DNA of 57,344 nt, filler included, from Sphacelaria rigidula (GCA_964200075.2; 5 parts of 5 records of this genome joined end to end with filler, not necessarily neighbours in it); one strand, 5' to 3'; counted from the first letter of the whole stretch, positions 11,492-24,929 are shown. A program made the numbers and translations. Notes: generated by a model not told the origin, from the letters alone.

Positions 11492-13883
11492 AATTCTCCG
11501 GGTTTCTCATCCCCAATAAAAGATCCATCCCCAATTTGTAAGATCCCGTGTTTGTCGCCATGAACCACAAGGGGAAGACCATGCGTGAGAGGGTGAAGCG
11601 AATCATGGGAAAGTTGGAGACATATTTTTCGGAAAATCTCAACGTCGAGATGGTTCATCATTCCTCCGATGGGAAATTCCGTCCAGGGCCCGCTGGGGTA
11701 ATCACGAAAGCGATGGTGGAGGGTCTGGCATCGGCGGAATTTAAACAGGCCGTGCTTGTGCAATCACAGCACGAAACCAATTGGAAGTCAGACCCGTACT
11801 TAGTTATGGATACCTTGGTGGTTGAGGCTCAGGCATGGCGAAAGATTGAAGTATTCGGAAAATCATCCACTTCGTCGCCGCAGTCTTCGAGCTCGCGTAA
11901 CCGCGGACCAAAATCCGCAGGCAGTGCCGCCGCCAATATCACTTGCTTTCAGTGTGGCCAGGTAGGCCGCTACGCCTGCAAGTGCCCAACACCTTCCGAG
12001 GGGGAGTCTGGGCAGACGAATGCCGCGCGCCCTCGCAATCACAAAGGAGGAAAATGTAATCTGGGTGGTGGCGGAGGCGTATCCTCCAGCGGTGGAGGTG
12101 TACAGTCGAGTTCCCAGCAGCAGCAGGAGCAGGGACAGCGGCGTTAGCAGGAGTCCGGTTCTGGGTCCGGCTCAGCCGCAGGGGCTGCTGCTCCGCAACG
12201 GGCGGTGTAGGTGGGACCGACCACTCTAGTGTCGGGCTCGGTGCCGGCACCGCCGGCAGCAGAGCTAGGCGAAACGCCTGCTGCTGAGCCGGCTGGATTT
12301 CAGCTGAAATTTGGATCCGCTGCTGCATCGGCCGGAGTACCGCTGCAATTTGGTTCTGCGGGCGGGGCTTCGTACCCGCCGGCGGTGCCCGTGATCCCAG
12401 CGGGGGCGTCTATGCCTGCGCCGCACGCGCAGCCGTGGCGCCAAGTGGAGATCACGACAAATCAGTCGGCGGAGCAGGTGCAGGTCGAAGATCAAGAAAA
12501 TCATATTCCTGCAAAGTTATATCTCCCAAATCAACGGGCGTGGGGCGCTATATCGGTCAACGCTGTGTTGGATTCAGGCGCCCACTTCACGAGCGTGTCG
12601 ATGCTGATTGTGGAGATGCTGGAGCGTCTACTCCGTGGTGAGAAAATCCGCATTCCGTTCTCGCTCGGGGCGCAGCAGGCCATCACCGCATCGGGGCAAC
12701 GTACAAGTGTCACGGAGCGTACGATTCCCCTACAGTTGGCGTTCAGGACTACCTGGGGACCAGCGAAATTACCCCCGATGTCGTTTGCGATCATGCCGGG
12801 GACGGATGGTGTCGTTCTGTCGGGCCTACTGACGCTTCGGGGACTCGGAGTCGATCCGTATGATCGGCTGTTAGAGTCCCTAAAAACGCAAATGCCGTCG
12901 CCCGGTTCGAGTGTCGAGACGCCTGCTTTTTTGGCCAGTCGCAGAGTGAGCTTGTCGGTTGATGCTCTCCAGGAGGCGGGGAGGCAGGTGTCCGAGGAGC
13001 GTGATGAGGCGGTGGAACGCTTGGTGGAGCGTGGCCCCGATATATTTAGGGAGCCGGCGGAAGAGGAGTCCGCGCGAATGGCTGCGCTTGAAGAAAGCGT
13101 GACGGGTGCTGTGGCAAATGGCCTCGACGTCTCAAAAGCGGAGCGCTTGCGTGGCATATTGTATCGCCACATTAACGCGTTTCGTCGTGCGCTGATGGGT
13201 GATCCCTCTGCGCGCGTGGAACCCATGAGGGTTACACTGAAGCCAGGGGCGGCCGCGGTGAAGGCAAAACCGAGGAGGTATGATCCGGTGACGTCCAGTT
13301 GGCTAGCTTCTTGCATGGGAGATCTTGTGGCGTTTGGGTTGGTGTCCAGGAATCTATAGGCGGTGGGGTCCAGTCCAGCGATGGCGGTGCCGAAGAAGGA
13401 CTCTTTCCGTCTTGTCAGCGATTGCGGAGCCGTCAATGATCAGGTGGAGAAGTCGCCGAGTGTCATGCCCAATCAGGAATCCGACATGATAGACATGTTG
13501 AGTGCGCGATGCTTCGGTGAGTTGAACCTCCTACAGGGGTACTGGCAGATGCCGTTGGCCGAAGAGGCGCAAGAGATATTCCCAATCACGACTCCGTTTG
13601 GCATGTTTACCCCGCAACGAGTACCGCAAGGCGTGTTGAATGTCACTTCCTATTTTCAAGGTGTCATGGTAGACCTTTTAGATGGCTTGAAATGCAAGAT
13701 TTGGGTGAATATTCCGGCTTTGCCTGCGCGCGCTGTGGCTGTGTATGGCCCGTGTGAACCTGATGACTCGATGCCGTCCAAATATGTTGTCCGCCAAGCG
13801 CAACGAAAAGACCTTGCGGCCGAAGATGTGGATGTGCAATCTTTCGAATCGGACGTTGGTACTGCTATTGTGGACAATAAATG

Positions 13884-14131
13884 ACTTATGCCGAGATAGC
13901 CCCCCCACAAGAAGTGCACCGGAGACCGTCCGACAAACCGGCTACGATCCCACTATTGGGCTCGTTTACAACAATCGCCCACATGAGAGGCGTGTAGCAA
14001 TCTGAAATCAGCTATAACGCCCAAATGAGTCGCGTCATGCAGCACGAAACCAGCTTTAACGGCATGTATTATCATCGTGTCTTCGTGCACTTTTTTGGCC
14101 GGTTCGGGGGGGGGGCTATCTCGGCAGCAGT
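13884..14131. mobile_element. 248-bp MITE inserted in Gypsy-B1 pol, 6-bp TSD
   Basis: TIRs acttatgccgagatagccccccc / gggggggctatctcggcagcagt; TAAATG at 13878-13883 and 14132-14137; removal restores gacaataaatgtctgtttcg, colinear with B2 ~49951-49970. Confidence 0.88.
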
Positions 14132-15659
14132 TAAATGTCTGTTTCGTGTGCATGTGCGTGGCCGAAACGTTTTGTCGATTCCGAGTTCTGACAAGCCGTT
14201 GCAGGTACGTCTGATGATTTGCGCGCGCATGCGCAACGCCGGGCATCGTGGTATGGCTGCGACACTCGTGCGCTTGCAAGAGTTTTGTGTCTGGCAGCGA
14301 ATGGAAACTCATGTTCGCGAATTTGTACGCCAGTGCCTTCACTGTGCTGACTCGAGGGCGGGCGATGTTATCCCCCGCCCGCTCGGTGAAACGGTGCATG
14401 GGACCACGCCGAATGAAGTCCTTCATTCTGACTTCTTGTACGTGGGCGAGAGTGGTCCGCTAGCTTCCCAAGGTTTGTCGGAGGATGCTGGGTTCCGATA
14501 CATTTTGGTCATCATAGATGATTTGAGCAGCTTTGTGGCTCTGGAACCAGTAGCCGTGTGTACTGCTGAATCGACTGTTGCGTCTTTGCTGAATTGGTGC
14601 AAAACTTTGGGGGTGCCCCATGTGTGGGTGAGTGATACCGCCACGCATTTCAAGAAAGCGATCTTGGCCCGATTGCGAGAGGCTCTGCGCGTTGATCACC
14701 GATTTGCGGTAGCGTATTCTCCGTGGTCTAACGGTACGTGCGAACGCATGGTCAAGGAAGTAGTTCGTGCTCTTCGCTCTATTCTTCTCGAGCAGCGTCG
14801 AGAGATGACCGAGTGGGTGGACGAGTTGCCCGCTGTACAATGGGCGCTAAATACAGCATATCACCGTCGGTACGATAGTACGCCGTATCACGCGATGTTT
14901 GGCCGTGCACCTCGGACGTCTTTCTCGGTGCTGGCGTCCTCATCGGCGGGGGAGTGGAGCTGTGATGTCTTAGACGATGCACAACTGAAGCGTGCGTTGC
15001 AAGGAGTTTTGGAGTTGCAGGAAAGTTGCCACGCTCAAGTGCAGGAGCGTGTTGCCGCTGAACGTGCGCGTAGACGTGAGGGGTCTTCGTCGGGGCTGGA
15101 ATTGCCGAATTTTGAGGTAGCGATTACGTTTTGTATGCACGCGTGCGTCGCCCGGGAGTTATGCCTAAATTGGTGGCGACGTGGACTGGTCCGTGGAGAG
15201 TGGTTAGTGCTCATCACCCGCATGTCTTTGAGATCCAAAACATTGTTTCGGGTCGTGTTCAGACCGCCCATGTAGCTCGTCTGCGTTTTTATGCGGACTC
15301 ACAGCTTAATATAACGGCAGACGTGAAGGATGTGTTTCAGCACGCTTTCAACCAAGTGTAATTTCGAATGGCTGGGATTGTTCGCGTGGCAGAGGCAGAG
15401 GATCATTTGTTGATCGTGTCAGTCGACTGGGTAGGTTTTGAAGTCGAGGAGCGTACGTGGGAGCCTTTTAAAAATATTTTTGAGGCCGCTCCAGAATTTC
15501 TCAAGAAGGAGTTGCGCACGGTGCGAGTGGCTAGTTCCATTGCTGCTCGCATTACGCTTGAGTTTGGGATTCAGTGGTGACTTGCTCAATCGTGTCGGCG
15601 TTATTTTTCTGAGTGTCGAGCTTGTTGCTCGATTCTCGTCCAACGCGCTTTGGGGGTGC

Positions 15660-15913
15660 TGTGACGAAATCACGCCGTCACGGTTGAGTATATATTGATG
15701 ATTGGATGATGACTTGGGATCTGTAGTGATGGTATGGATGATGACATCGACACAGGGGCGATACCCTGATGTGGTTTATGGTGCCGTCTGGGTGGCACTC
15801 CAGGATAATAAAAGGTGTTGTGGAGGGTAACAACTGAAACCTGAGGCCAGTGGAACTGGGGAGTCCCTCAACAGCATTAGACGCTGCAGTACTAGCAACC
15901 TGCTGGCGTCACA
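15660..15913 (+). repeat. Gypsy-B1 3' LTR (254 bp)
   Basis: TGTGACG..CGTCACA; similar to 46488-46736 and 51431-51698. Confidence 0.88.
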
Positions 15914-17791
15914 GCAGGTAGGTATCCCCAAATAACATCGAGCTACGGAGAGATTTCGTCTCTTCTCGTCTGTGGAGGTCACCAATGCGAAGATCGATTT
16001 CTCTCTGCCTCTCATTTCGGACAGGATGCGCCTCTGTGCGCTGAAAAACAGGGCAATGTTCCCGTCACCGCTACCACGGTTCTCTGTCACACACATGCCA
16101 GCAATCACAGTGTGCTGCGCGGCAAAAATAACAGATCAGATAATCCAATTTGAACTTGGGGGGTGTTATTCATCGTTGATTTTACCCTGAGATATCTGAC
16201 CATCATGGCGCCCGACCACAACAGCCTGCCACAGGCCAGTGGGGGGGGGGGGGGGTGACAGAGATCAAACACTTGTGGAGATCTTCCTGGCATGCGGAGT
16301 GAAAAAAGATACCTGGGGTGGCGACCTAGCTGTTGCTAGCATGGTGCAGAGGGGTGCGTCAGCTGCAATCTGGAGCTTGCGTTGCTCTACTCTACTGACT
16401 CCGGTCTGCGGAGCGTCTGCCAAGAGGTCACACACGGTAACAACATGTTGTTATGCACCCAAATTCGGAACAGCTATGGGAACAAAACAGTTCGGTTTTG
16501 CAAAGTACGTTCACATGATTGAAATAACTCTTGTTACCTGAGGAACTGCGGCTTCCCCGTCCTCCCGCCAGGTATGAAAGAAGGACAACAGAGTTTTTGG
16601 GAGTGCATGTCACGGACACGGGGGAATACAGAGTTTCTCGTGTATGAAAATCCCCGTTTTCCTACCTGCAAACAGTTTTATGTCCGTTGCTTTCTAATAA
16701 GAATGTTGGACGGTCGATTTATGTTTCGTACTGTACTGATTGGCGGATGCCAATGCAAAGAACAGCTTGGATTCGTTTCTGAGGTTCAACATTTGGGTGA
16801 GGTTCAACGGGCCATCGAAATTTCATTTGCTTTGTCCAAAAGACTCGGGATTCGCAACCAGTGTCGACCATGTAACCCTAACCAAGAAGTTTCTGCACGG
16901 CAGGGCAAGCATGATGATGAGTAGTCCAACAGAAAACCCGCCGTCATCGATTGTGCGGCATCTTTTGAGTAGGACCTGCGTCTAAGCGCTACGGAGCACG
17001 TAACAAAACATGCTGAAAACATACTTCTTTGGACTAGTCATTGAGTTTTCGAGCACCTCTTGTTGAGTATCTGAGAAAGACTTCACACTGTTGCGCCGGC
17101 GACGACCACCGTCAGCGAAACGATCCAATGCGGCGACAGACGTCAGCGATCTTTTAAACGCAGCATCATTCAGCAGTCTGCTGAGATATATCATCACCAA
17201 AGAACAGCATCACTACAGTTCTATCGTCAGTTGGATAAAATAGATGCCACATAATAGAGCTGCAGACACTCACAACGGGGGTGAGGGTTAGTCCCACGCT
17301 TGGGGTTGTTTCGCCAGTAGTGCCCATGCGAGGCGCTTCATCCAGTCTGAACCAGCTATCACGCCTCGTATGGCCACTTCCGCCGTGGCTGTGTTAAGAA
17401 CCGGTTTCGCGGTGAGGCTGTCGAACAATACTACCGTGGTGCAACGCGCTTGCACAATCCGAGCCGTTTCTTTAAATTTAGAAGCCGCATCAGCTTTAGT
17501 TTGAATATCCCTCTTGACGGTTCCAAACGGGGTCTGATCCAGCGACGGAAAGCGTTGGCACCCTCCCCTCAAGATAGGATTTGTTACAACCTCGCAGGGT
17601 TAGGATTAGACCCCAGGGGAAGCCCTGGAATAACGGATGGTTTTCTTGGAAAGGAGTCGTTCATTGTAACTTGGGTTCATGGTGGAATTGGCTCTGAAGG
17701 GGTTTGCGACCTGCACGCGTTTTTTGCCCAGTCCATCTGCAAAAAGGTCGCGCTACCAAAGAGTCGCACCGAATGAAACGACAGGTGAGAA

Positions 17792-18244
17792 GAGTGGTTC
17801 TACGGTAGAGGTGCACATTTTCCTTCTGGGGCTCTGCGCCGTCGGAGTGTCTGGATGACAAACATCTGGGCCTCAGTCAAATAGTGTCCAGACTCAAAAC
17901 ATTTTTTATGGGTAAGTTCCTTGCCTCAGATCTCAAGAAATGGTTATTATACTGATGATGCCAACCGACACTGAGAAGCAAGTCAAGTTATACGGTAGGG
18001 GATGCATATTTGGACCCAGTCCTTTCTCATCAGGGGCTCCTAAAGTGAGGAGCTACACAAAAAAAAAAGGGTCAGGACATTCCCATTTCAAATCCATTCA
18101 GGACATCCCTGGCCCACAAGGATACTAACATGGCGTGCTACAACATATTTCGACAGTAGTTTCTTGGACGAGAAAAAGCGCTTCTAAGAACCCGAATCTC
18201 AGGAAATTCATGTATTGTTGTGCACCCCTACAGTAGCACCACCA
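17792..18244. mobile_element. Two adjacent degenerate Sola2-like MITEs (~17792-17935 and ~17982-18244)
   Basis: Left TIR gagtggttctacggtagaggtgcac; second left TIR remnant tacggtaggggatgcat (17991); right TIR gtgcacccctacagtagcacc (18220). Confidence 0.6.
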
Positions 18245-19521
18245 CAGCGTGTGCTGTATGTTTCAAAATCAAAAACTTCCCCCTAATATCATTTTGATAT
18301 TGTATATGAGAGATTTGGAAACGTTTTTCAGGTGTCATCTTATAGATCTTGAGAACGTCTTCTTTTCGATCATTCGTATTCTTTCAAACGACTCAAAACG
18401 TTTTCGCCAGATTGAGAGTGAGCTTTCATCACGAACACGTTCGTTTTCATGTGTTCCTACTATCATGATGAACTGAACACTGACTCGTTCGAGTAATGTT
18501 AGGGAACGATCTGTTTTGTTGAAGTAGCAATAAAATATGAAGGAGGGGCATATCAACCATAGAAGCATTCCTCTTATTCATTATGCGCTAGTGTATACCT
18601 TTAGGAGGATATGATCACGGGTAGTACACAACGTAACAGGGTTGCCCCCGGTTGCTCAGGGGGTAACTTTGGGACCTTCTGAAGGTTGGGACTTGCGTTC
18701 GGATCTCGGTAAAGTTCATCGATCTGAGACTTTTTCTCGCATCACCCCCGACGGTGAGAAGCGGCGGCTACGTCACGGGTGCGCAAAAGTCGACTTCAAC
18801 GTCAACGGTTACGGGGAAAAAGGACCGCTGAACCATTTTCGCGACAATAATAAAGGTAACCACTGCAGAAGAATAACGAAAAAACGAAAGGAAAACAAAA
18901 AGGTCTTGTGTTGGTCTTCCATATATGTGGCCCCGACTGATGCGCTCACATATACTTAAGACTGACGTCCAGAATGGACAGGATGACAACACACAAGACA
19001 CATAATGCCATGAATATTCCAAAAATATTATTCCGATTTGTACGTTAAATGAGAGTGTAGGCTACTATCGATCCACCGCGATTCCAAAACTCGCATGTCG
19101 GTGAGTGTTTGCTTCCGAACTATACGTCCAACGACTCTCCCTTCGGAATGCTAGCCCCTTGACCGCTAGGGTTCGCAATCTGGGCCAAGCAGTAAATGAT
19201 CGAATGAAAATAGTGCCGTTTCAAAAACGGCTAACAAGCTCTCACTCTCAATCATGAGCTACACTCTCAACCTGGCAAAAATGTTGTTACATGCGAAGCT
19301 CGAAAAGGTGGAAGTATTGAACACGGGATTTTTTTAATTGCGGGGGGGTTGATTCCTGAGGATGAACCTTGGTAACCTCTAAAGGCGTCGAAATATTTTC
19401 GAGAAGGAATGCGAATGTACCCTCCGGCCGTGATGTGTGGCCTCGCTTATCCTCAAACAATCCATCCGCATATGATATAATCCCGTGTTAGTATTGCGAG
19501 TTTCCGGAAGTACCTAGTGTC

Positions 19522-19777
19522 GAGCAATGCTACGGTAGGGGTGCACCTTTGGCGCAAATCTCGTCTGGTTCAGGGGCTTCTAAAGATTCCAGATGCACGA
19601 GAATATAGCTCAGGGCACCCCCGTCTGCAAAATCCATTCGGCATATCCCTAGCACATTACGAAAGCAATCCTGGCGTACCTTCACATATTTCATAAGTCG
19701 TGTTTCAGATGAGATAAAGGGCTCCTAACAACTCGAACCTCAGAAAATATTTGTGCACCCCTACCGTAGCATCACTC
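19522..19777. mobile_element. Sola2-like MITE (256 bp), TSD TGTC
   Basis: 25-bp TIRs gagcaatgctacggtaggggtgcac / gtgcacccctaccgtagcatcactc; TGTC on both sides. Confidence 0.88.
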
Positions 19778-20741
19778 TGTCGTCGGGTTCATGAGGTATC
19801 TATGCCTTGCCAACAGTTACGCTGATGTAGAAAAACGTGTTTCCGAGACTCTGTTCTATTTTTATTCTAGAATTCAGAATATACGTTTTCTTCATCGAAA
19901 GTGTAACTGAAACGGATATCCTGCATGTACTTGAGGACTGGGGAGGCTTCGAGGTGGTAGCTGTCTGTGTGCACAGAGAACAGGGGATCCTGGAAAATGG
20001 GGTTGAATTTTCAAGTGGGGCTAAAGCCACTTTCCGAAAAATTGCATTTTTCCCGGAAAGGTTTTGCAAAAGTAACCAACTGATGATGATTTTTTTTTTT
20101 CTGTTCAGAGTTCCCATAGGTTGACTTGTCGCGCATTATTGCTCCGGTGTCTATAACGCCATATGTATCTGCTTTCGTGCACTCGAAACGGCTCTCACCA
20201 AGAGGGGGAAGCCGCTTTCAACAGCCGATTATCTATTTTGAGTATGGGGCTTTTCATTCGGGATGAAATCCCGGATAATTCAAATCTTCGCATCCACATC
20301 AATTCTTCGGGATAATTCCATTCCTTCCTCTTCTGGTAGTTATTGGCAACTTCTGCACGCTGCGAAAATTTGAATTCCGACCACCGAAATTTGGGGGTCT
20401 CAGGTGAAAAAGAAAAGGTTGGGAATTTAGGTAATCCGGCTCTGGGTTGTCATCCTCAATGAAAAGCTCCGTCCTGAAAATGGATGATCGGCTGTTTTTT
20501 ATCGGATTCTTTCACTTCGAAGGACATAGAGCAGGAGTATTTGTTGAGCCCTACGAAAATTCGCAAAGGGCAGAGAGTTTACTACGTATGAAACTTCTCG
20601 TTTTCACGCCCGTAAAACGTCTCCAGCAACGGAATTTCTTTCCGCCACGTATCGTTTGCCAGCGTATATCGCATGGAGTTTGTAGTTTCGAAAACTCTGC
20701 TCTTTGGTCACGCATCAACGCATGCTGCGAAACTCAAAATG

Positions 20742-20882
20742 GAGTAATGCCACGGTAGGGGTGCACTATTCAGTCAAGAGTTTTTTGAGGCTGCACACTA
20801 AGGCCCAGATATTTGTCGTCGAGGGGCTCGTGCAGCAAAGAACCTCAGCAGAAAAGAGTGCATCCTTACCGTGGCATTGCTC
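20742..20882. mobile_element. Sola2-like MITE (141 bp), TSD AATG
   Basis: TIRs gagtaatgccacggtaggggtgcac / gtgcatccttaccgtggcattgctc; AATG on both sides. Confidence 0.88.
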
Positions 20883-21565
20883 AATGCTGAAAGGACAAAG
20901 AATGCAAGTTTTCGGAAGCGTCAATTTCATGAGATATACCCTGACAAGGGTTACTCTGACTGACAACAACAAAAAACGATACCAACACTTCTTATCATGT
21001 ATATATGTGTGTGTGTGTGGAAGACACCTCCTCGTAGTGGCACGTTAGAAATTGATGCCACACATGTATGAAGAACCAGAGCATGCGGGTACAAGGTAGG
21101 AACGGTCCGAAAGGACTAGATTACCGCGACCTGGTAAGGCCAACTACCAGATAACTTGGGGTGATGTTAGGAAGAGCCTAATATCAGGACGGACCAACAT
21201 CCCCGAGGAACTGGTCGCCCCCCGGCGACCACATCTCGTCTAACCCCTTTCTTGCCTACATATTACAAGAGGGAATCATCGCTAGCCTCGGAGTTCCTTC
21301 GGCTTCAGGACGACACCTCCAACGACAGTCTACCGCGTAGGTCTCTGTCTACCCTAGCGATACGCCTTCCTCGCATGTGTTCCTATATTTAAGACTCAAG
21401 GAAGCGTTCGATGAGATGACGTTCGGGAACTAGCTCGCAATAATACTCTACGAGAAAGACCTCAATACTCGCGGTGTGTTCTTGTCCCCTGATGCCGTCT
21501 TGCTTTCGAGTAGTGGATGTTTCGTTACCTTACTGTACCCATCTAGCACAGAGTTTTCCCGTCAG

Positions 21566-21738
21566 CACGGAGCGGGACAGGATAATTTTCCCGTCGGGTC
21601 GAGACGGGACGGAACGTATTCCCGTCGCCAAAAAGAAAACGGGACGCGACGGGATTATTTCCCTCCAAATAGCGACGCGACGGGGCCGTTACACCGTCGC
21701 CGAAAAGCATGACGAGACGGGTCCCGTCCCCCCTCGTG
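21566..21738. repeat. Small inverted-repeat element rich in GACGGGA/TCCCGTC motifs (MITE-like)
   Basis: Termini cacggagcgggacagga / tcccgtccccctcgtg; many internal gacggg copies in both orientations; no TSD seen. Confidence 0.45.
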
Positions 21739-22783
21739 CGATCCCCCTGTGAGTTGTTCTTCGCGTGACAATTCCTATGGTCAGGCATGAATATATTCTC
21801 TCGAGAAAGCAGTTTCATAGTGATGTGTTTATTTGCCATGAAGTACGAACGACCTACCTTCCGAAAAGCTTAATTCTCGTAAGAAGGTTCGCCTACTCGT
21901 ACTTCCCTTGTGTTTCATTTCCATGAGTCAACAAACCAACTGAAACGCGCCTTTCTCTTCCGTGCAAGCAGGGGTTGTCAATCGTGGAGAACTTTCAAGA
22001 GAGTGCGTCACCCGTTTGGAGGTATCGCCTCTCCTGATAGACTTATAGCCTACTACATTATGTAAAAACACGCCGACAGCCTACTACATCATGTAAAAAC
22101 ATATCGTCATTTTGTTCATCGAAACACGACGAAAACACTAGCATCTGCTCCGGAAGGAACGAGCACACAGCAGCGAACCAAAGCGCTTTTTGGTATCCTG
22201 CACTACGCTACCCACTCCCAAAGCGAAGCATGAGATTCGAAGGGCCAACAGTCAATTATAATTATTCTTTGGTGAAGCCACTACCAAAAAGCATTAGATG
22301 AGAAAGCCGTCAAAGACAACGACGATCGGTTCCTACCGCTGGCACGCCAGGGCAAGATTTGCTACGTAATTTTAAAGCACTATCTTCTCTCCCCCCTTCC
22401 AACCTCTCGATTTAGATCGTGCTAATTTTCAAACAATGATGTACACCTCTTACGGTGCATTATTTGTATATTTACTCTGACTGCCTCGAGGACGCAAGTG
22501 GTAAAATGAGAGTAAATACCACCCGTAATTTTTTTGCCGCCGCTTTACCGCGGTTCCCAAGTTGGTCCCCTGTGTTACCTGCCTCGAAACCACTCACTTA
22601 CACGCCCGAAAAACGAGAAACAGAATGCAGAATATTTTGTTACATGTACGTACATACCTTCTCTACAGTATATGACATCTTGCGAGAACACTGCCTCTAA
22701 ACCCGCCAAGGATTGAGGCGTTCCAAAATGTGCATCTCGCTTGCACACATGTGTGCGCCACATGCATGTGGCGACGGGTGATT

Positions 22784-22827
<44 letters not shown>

Positions 22828-22882
22828 ACCTATTCCCCACCCCCCAAACACCCCAAAACCAAAACACCAGGATCCAACACGA

Positions 22883-22982
22883 NNNNNNNNNNNNNNNNNN
22901 NNNNNNNNNNNNNNNNNNNNNNNNNNTTAATTAATTAANNNNNNNNNNNNNNNNNNNNNNNNNNNNNNNNNNNNNNNNNNNN
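22883..22982. other. Artificial contig joiner (poly-C tract ~22785-22827 just upstream)
   Basis: N44-TTAATTAATTAA-N44. Confidence 0.97.
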
Positions 22983-23080
22983 AAATTCCCGATTTCTTCG
23001 GCCTGATAGCCCAAAAGGGAGAAAAAAAATGATCACTGATCCAAGGGGTATCCACGCAACTTTTGCGCCGTTCCACGTGT

Positions 23081-23380
23081 AACAACATATTCGTGAGATT
23101 GAGAGTAGAGCGCGAATTGAGAGTGATCTTGATCACTCGCTTTGACTTAGCCAATTTATCATTCCGTGTGTGCTCTTCTTCGCCTCTATCATTGCCGTGT
23201 GCTTCCAGCTACACGTCGATATCCTGCTCAGTGATATCAAGCGCCTCAGTGGCAAGCTACTACAGAAAGAGTATCGGGCCTCGTAGAGGAGCATTTCAGA
23301 ACTGAAACGATTCACTCATTGATTGACCGCTTTTCACTCTCAATCGTATCCTCTACTCTCAATCTCACGAAAACATTGTT
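23081..23380. mobile_element. ~300-bp MITE-like element with long TIRs, copy 1
   Basis: tcgtgagattgagagtagag..gagagtga / tcactctc..ctctactctcaatctcacga; second copy at 29616-29903. Confidence 0.7.
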
Positions 23381-24929
23381 GTGTCTGGGGTGCGTGTACC
23401 TGGGTTGCAACGCTGAAACAACGCCTAGGGTTTGATTCGTCACGAGTCGACTCATTATACTAGAACCAAGTAATTTCCAGACGAATCATTATCTGTCCGA
23501 GCCTTGGATGTTTCACACGAATTCTCAAAAAAAGAAATCAACTAATCTCATCAGAATTCTAGAAAAAAGGCCAAAATGGGGTATACTCTGACCTGATTTT
23601 AGTATTGAAAGCGAGGTTGTTTTCTCCATCAGCTTCGTGTGCGCTTCATCTTTCTATAGAACCCAACCATAAGGTCCTTGTCAACACCGTTGCACCCAAA
23701 CAAAAAACCGCCCATAACCGACCAGACTTATGGGACAAGGGGAAGACAACACAGAGGAAGATGATGGTGATAAATATTGCTAGAAGTCGATCTCCCTACC
23801 CCGCCCTGACCGAGGTTGATAGATCAGTTACACCATCGGGGTGTGGTAGGAAAGATGGATGTATACAGGTATACATGTTATTTTCTGCTACTACTATGCC
23901 GGATGATTTGTCAACACTCAAACAGGGCTTTCGCCGGATCGAGTCAGTTTTTTATTATTCGCTCCATAACTTTTACCAATTTCTTATTTTGTGTGTGTTC
24001 CTGTGACAATGTAGTATTGGTGTGCTTACAGCTAGCTACACGACGAGATCCTACTCGGGATATCAGAGTCTTGAGTGGCAAGTTTTTGCACTACAGGAAG
24101 CGTGTGTTGAGGCCTCGTGTAAGGCCTGAAGGGTGGGGGCATTTCGGCACTGCAATTATTTCGGGGGTGTATCAAGATTTTTCTGAAAATCCGGAGTTTA
24201 ATTAGATTTCTGCCGATTGACGAGGCCAACGCAATGAAAATACACATTGAATTCATCCCACAGCTAAGAGCTTCCATTGGGGCCGCTCCTCGCCTGGCTC
24301 GGCGAAGTATTGCCCAAGAAACACCAGCCGATGATTAATGTACTAGGGTTTCCCTCCCTGTGTCCTCACTCTCCAACAAAAGCTAGACTCTCCATCTATC
24401 TGGCGATGATCTAGTTATTACGTACATATGGTGCTGTATACCGCATGATTTTCTCGTCGCACCCTTCACTCCTCCTTCCACTCATAGGCAAACGAATCTC
24501 AAGTATCAATCGATCAACTCACCTCCCTCTCTGTACCTACCCGGGGCAAAGTAGTTTCGGGAATCGAGTCATCAGCATTACTTCCTCCTACAGCTCGTCG
24601 ATCATCATTATGCCTTTTTGTCAACCCAGTCTCGTTCTCAAGCTTTATACGACAGAAACCAGTAATTCGACAATATCTTTCACTGGGAAAATCATCACTA
24701 AACGTCCATCGAGGACACTCATCTCCACATTTTTACAACACAAACTGTTGGGAAACCGAATCCACCGCACTGCTGCTACACCGCTGAAACTGGGTGAAAA
24801 TGATCCATCCTGTTGCAACAACAGTTATTTGAACCACTGGCGGGCGACTACAAAATTTAACGTAAAATAAGAAGCATATTATGTGTAATGGAAGCGTAGA
24901 GCTATGTCTCCATGAGCTTGCAAAACACT

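Larger units (their letters stand above)
11492..15913 (+). mobile_element. Ty3/Gypsy chromodomain element, family B copy 1 (5'-truncated, internally deleted)
   Basis: Gag 11548 with degenerate knuckle CFQCGQVGRYACKC in frame with protease VLDSGAH; RT N-half fused directly to post-RNase H sequence at ~13705; integrase HSDF..SDTATHF..ERMVKE; chromodomain VDWVGFEVEERTWEP to 15580; PPT gggggtgc; 3' LTR 15660-15913. Confidence 0.92.

Noticed and set aside
12531..13436. Long antisense ORFs over retroelements (also 398-988, 48121-48888, 51008-51553)
   Set aside because: Mostly shadows of GC-rich sense coding sequence or chance frames over LTR sequence, with no independent motifs
8890..15361. RIP-like mutation suggested by many CAG>TAG and TGG>TAG/TGA stops
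   Set aside because: Stops arise preferentially from these transitions anyway and the elements remain GC-rich; not supportable without a dinucleotide analysis
15914..17790. Broken minus-strand ORFs (e.g. 16982-17200, 17288-17572) suggesting a decayed gene or viral relic
   Set aside because: No recognisable motif and no consistent splice chain
21000..21430. Possible 3' end of a non-LTR retrotransposon next to a (TG)n tract
   Set aside because: No RT or endonuclease motif, no TSD and no second copy in the window
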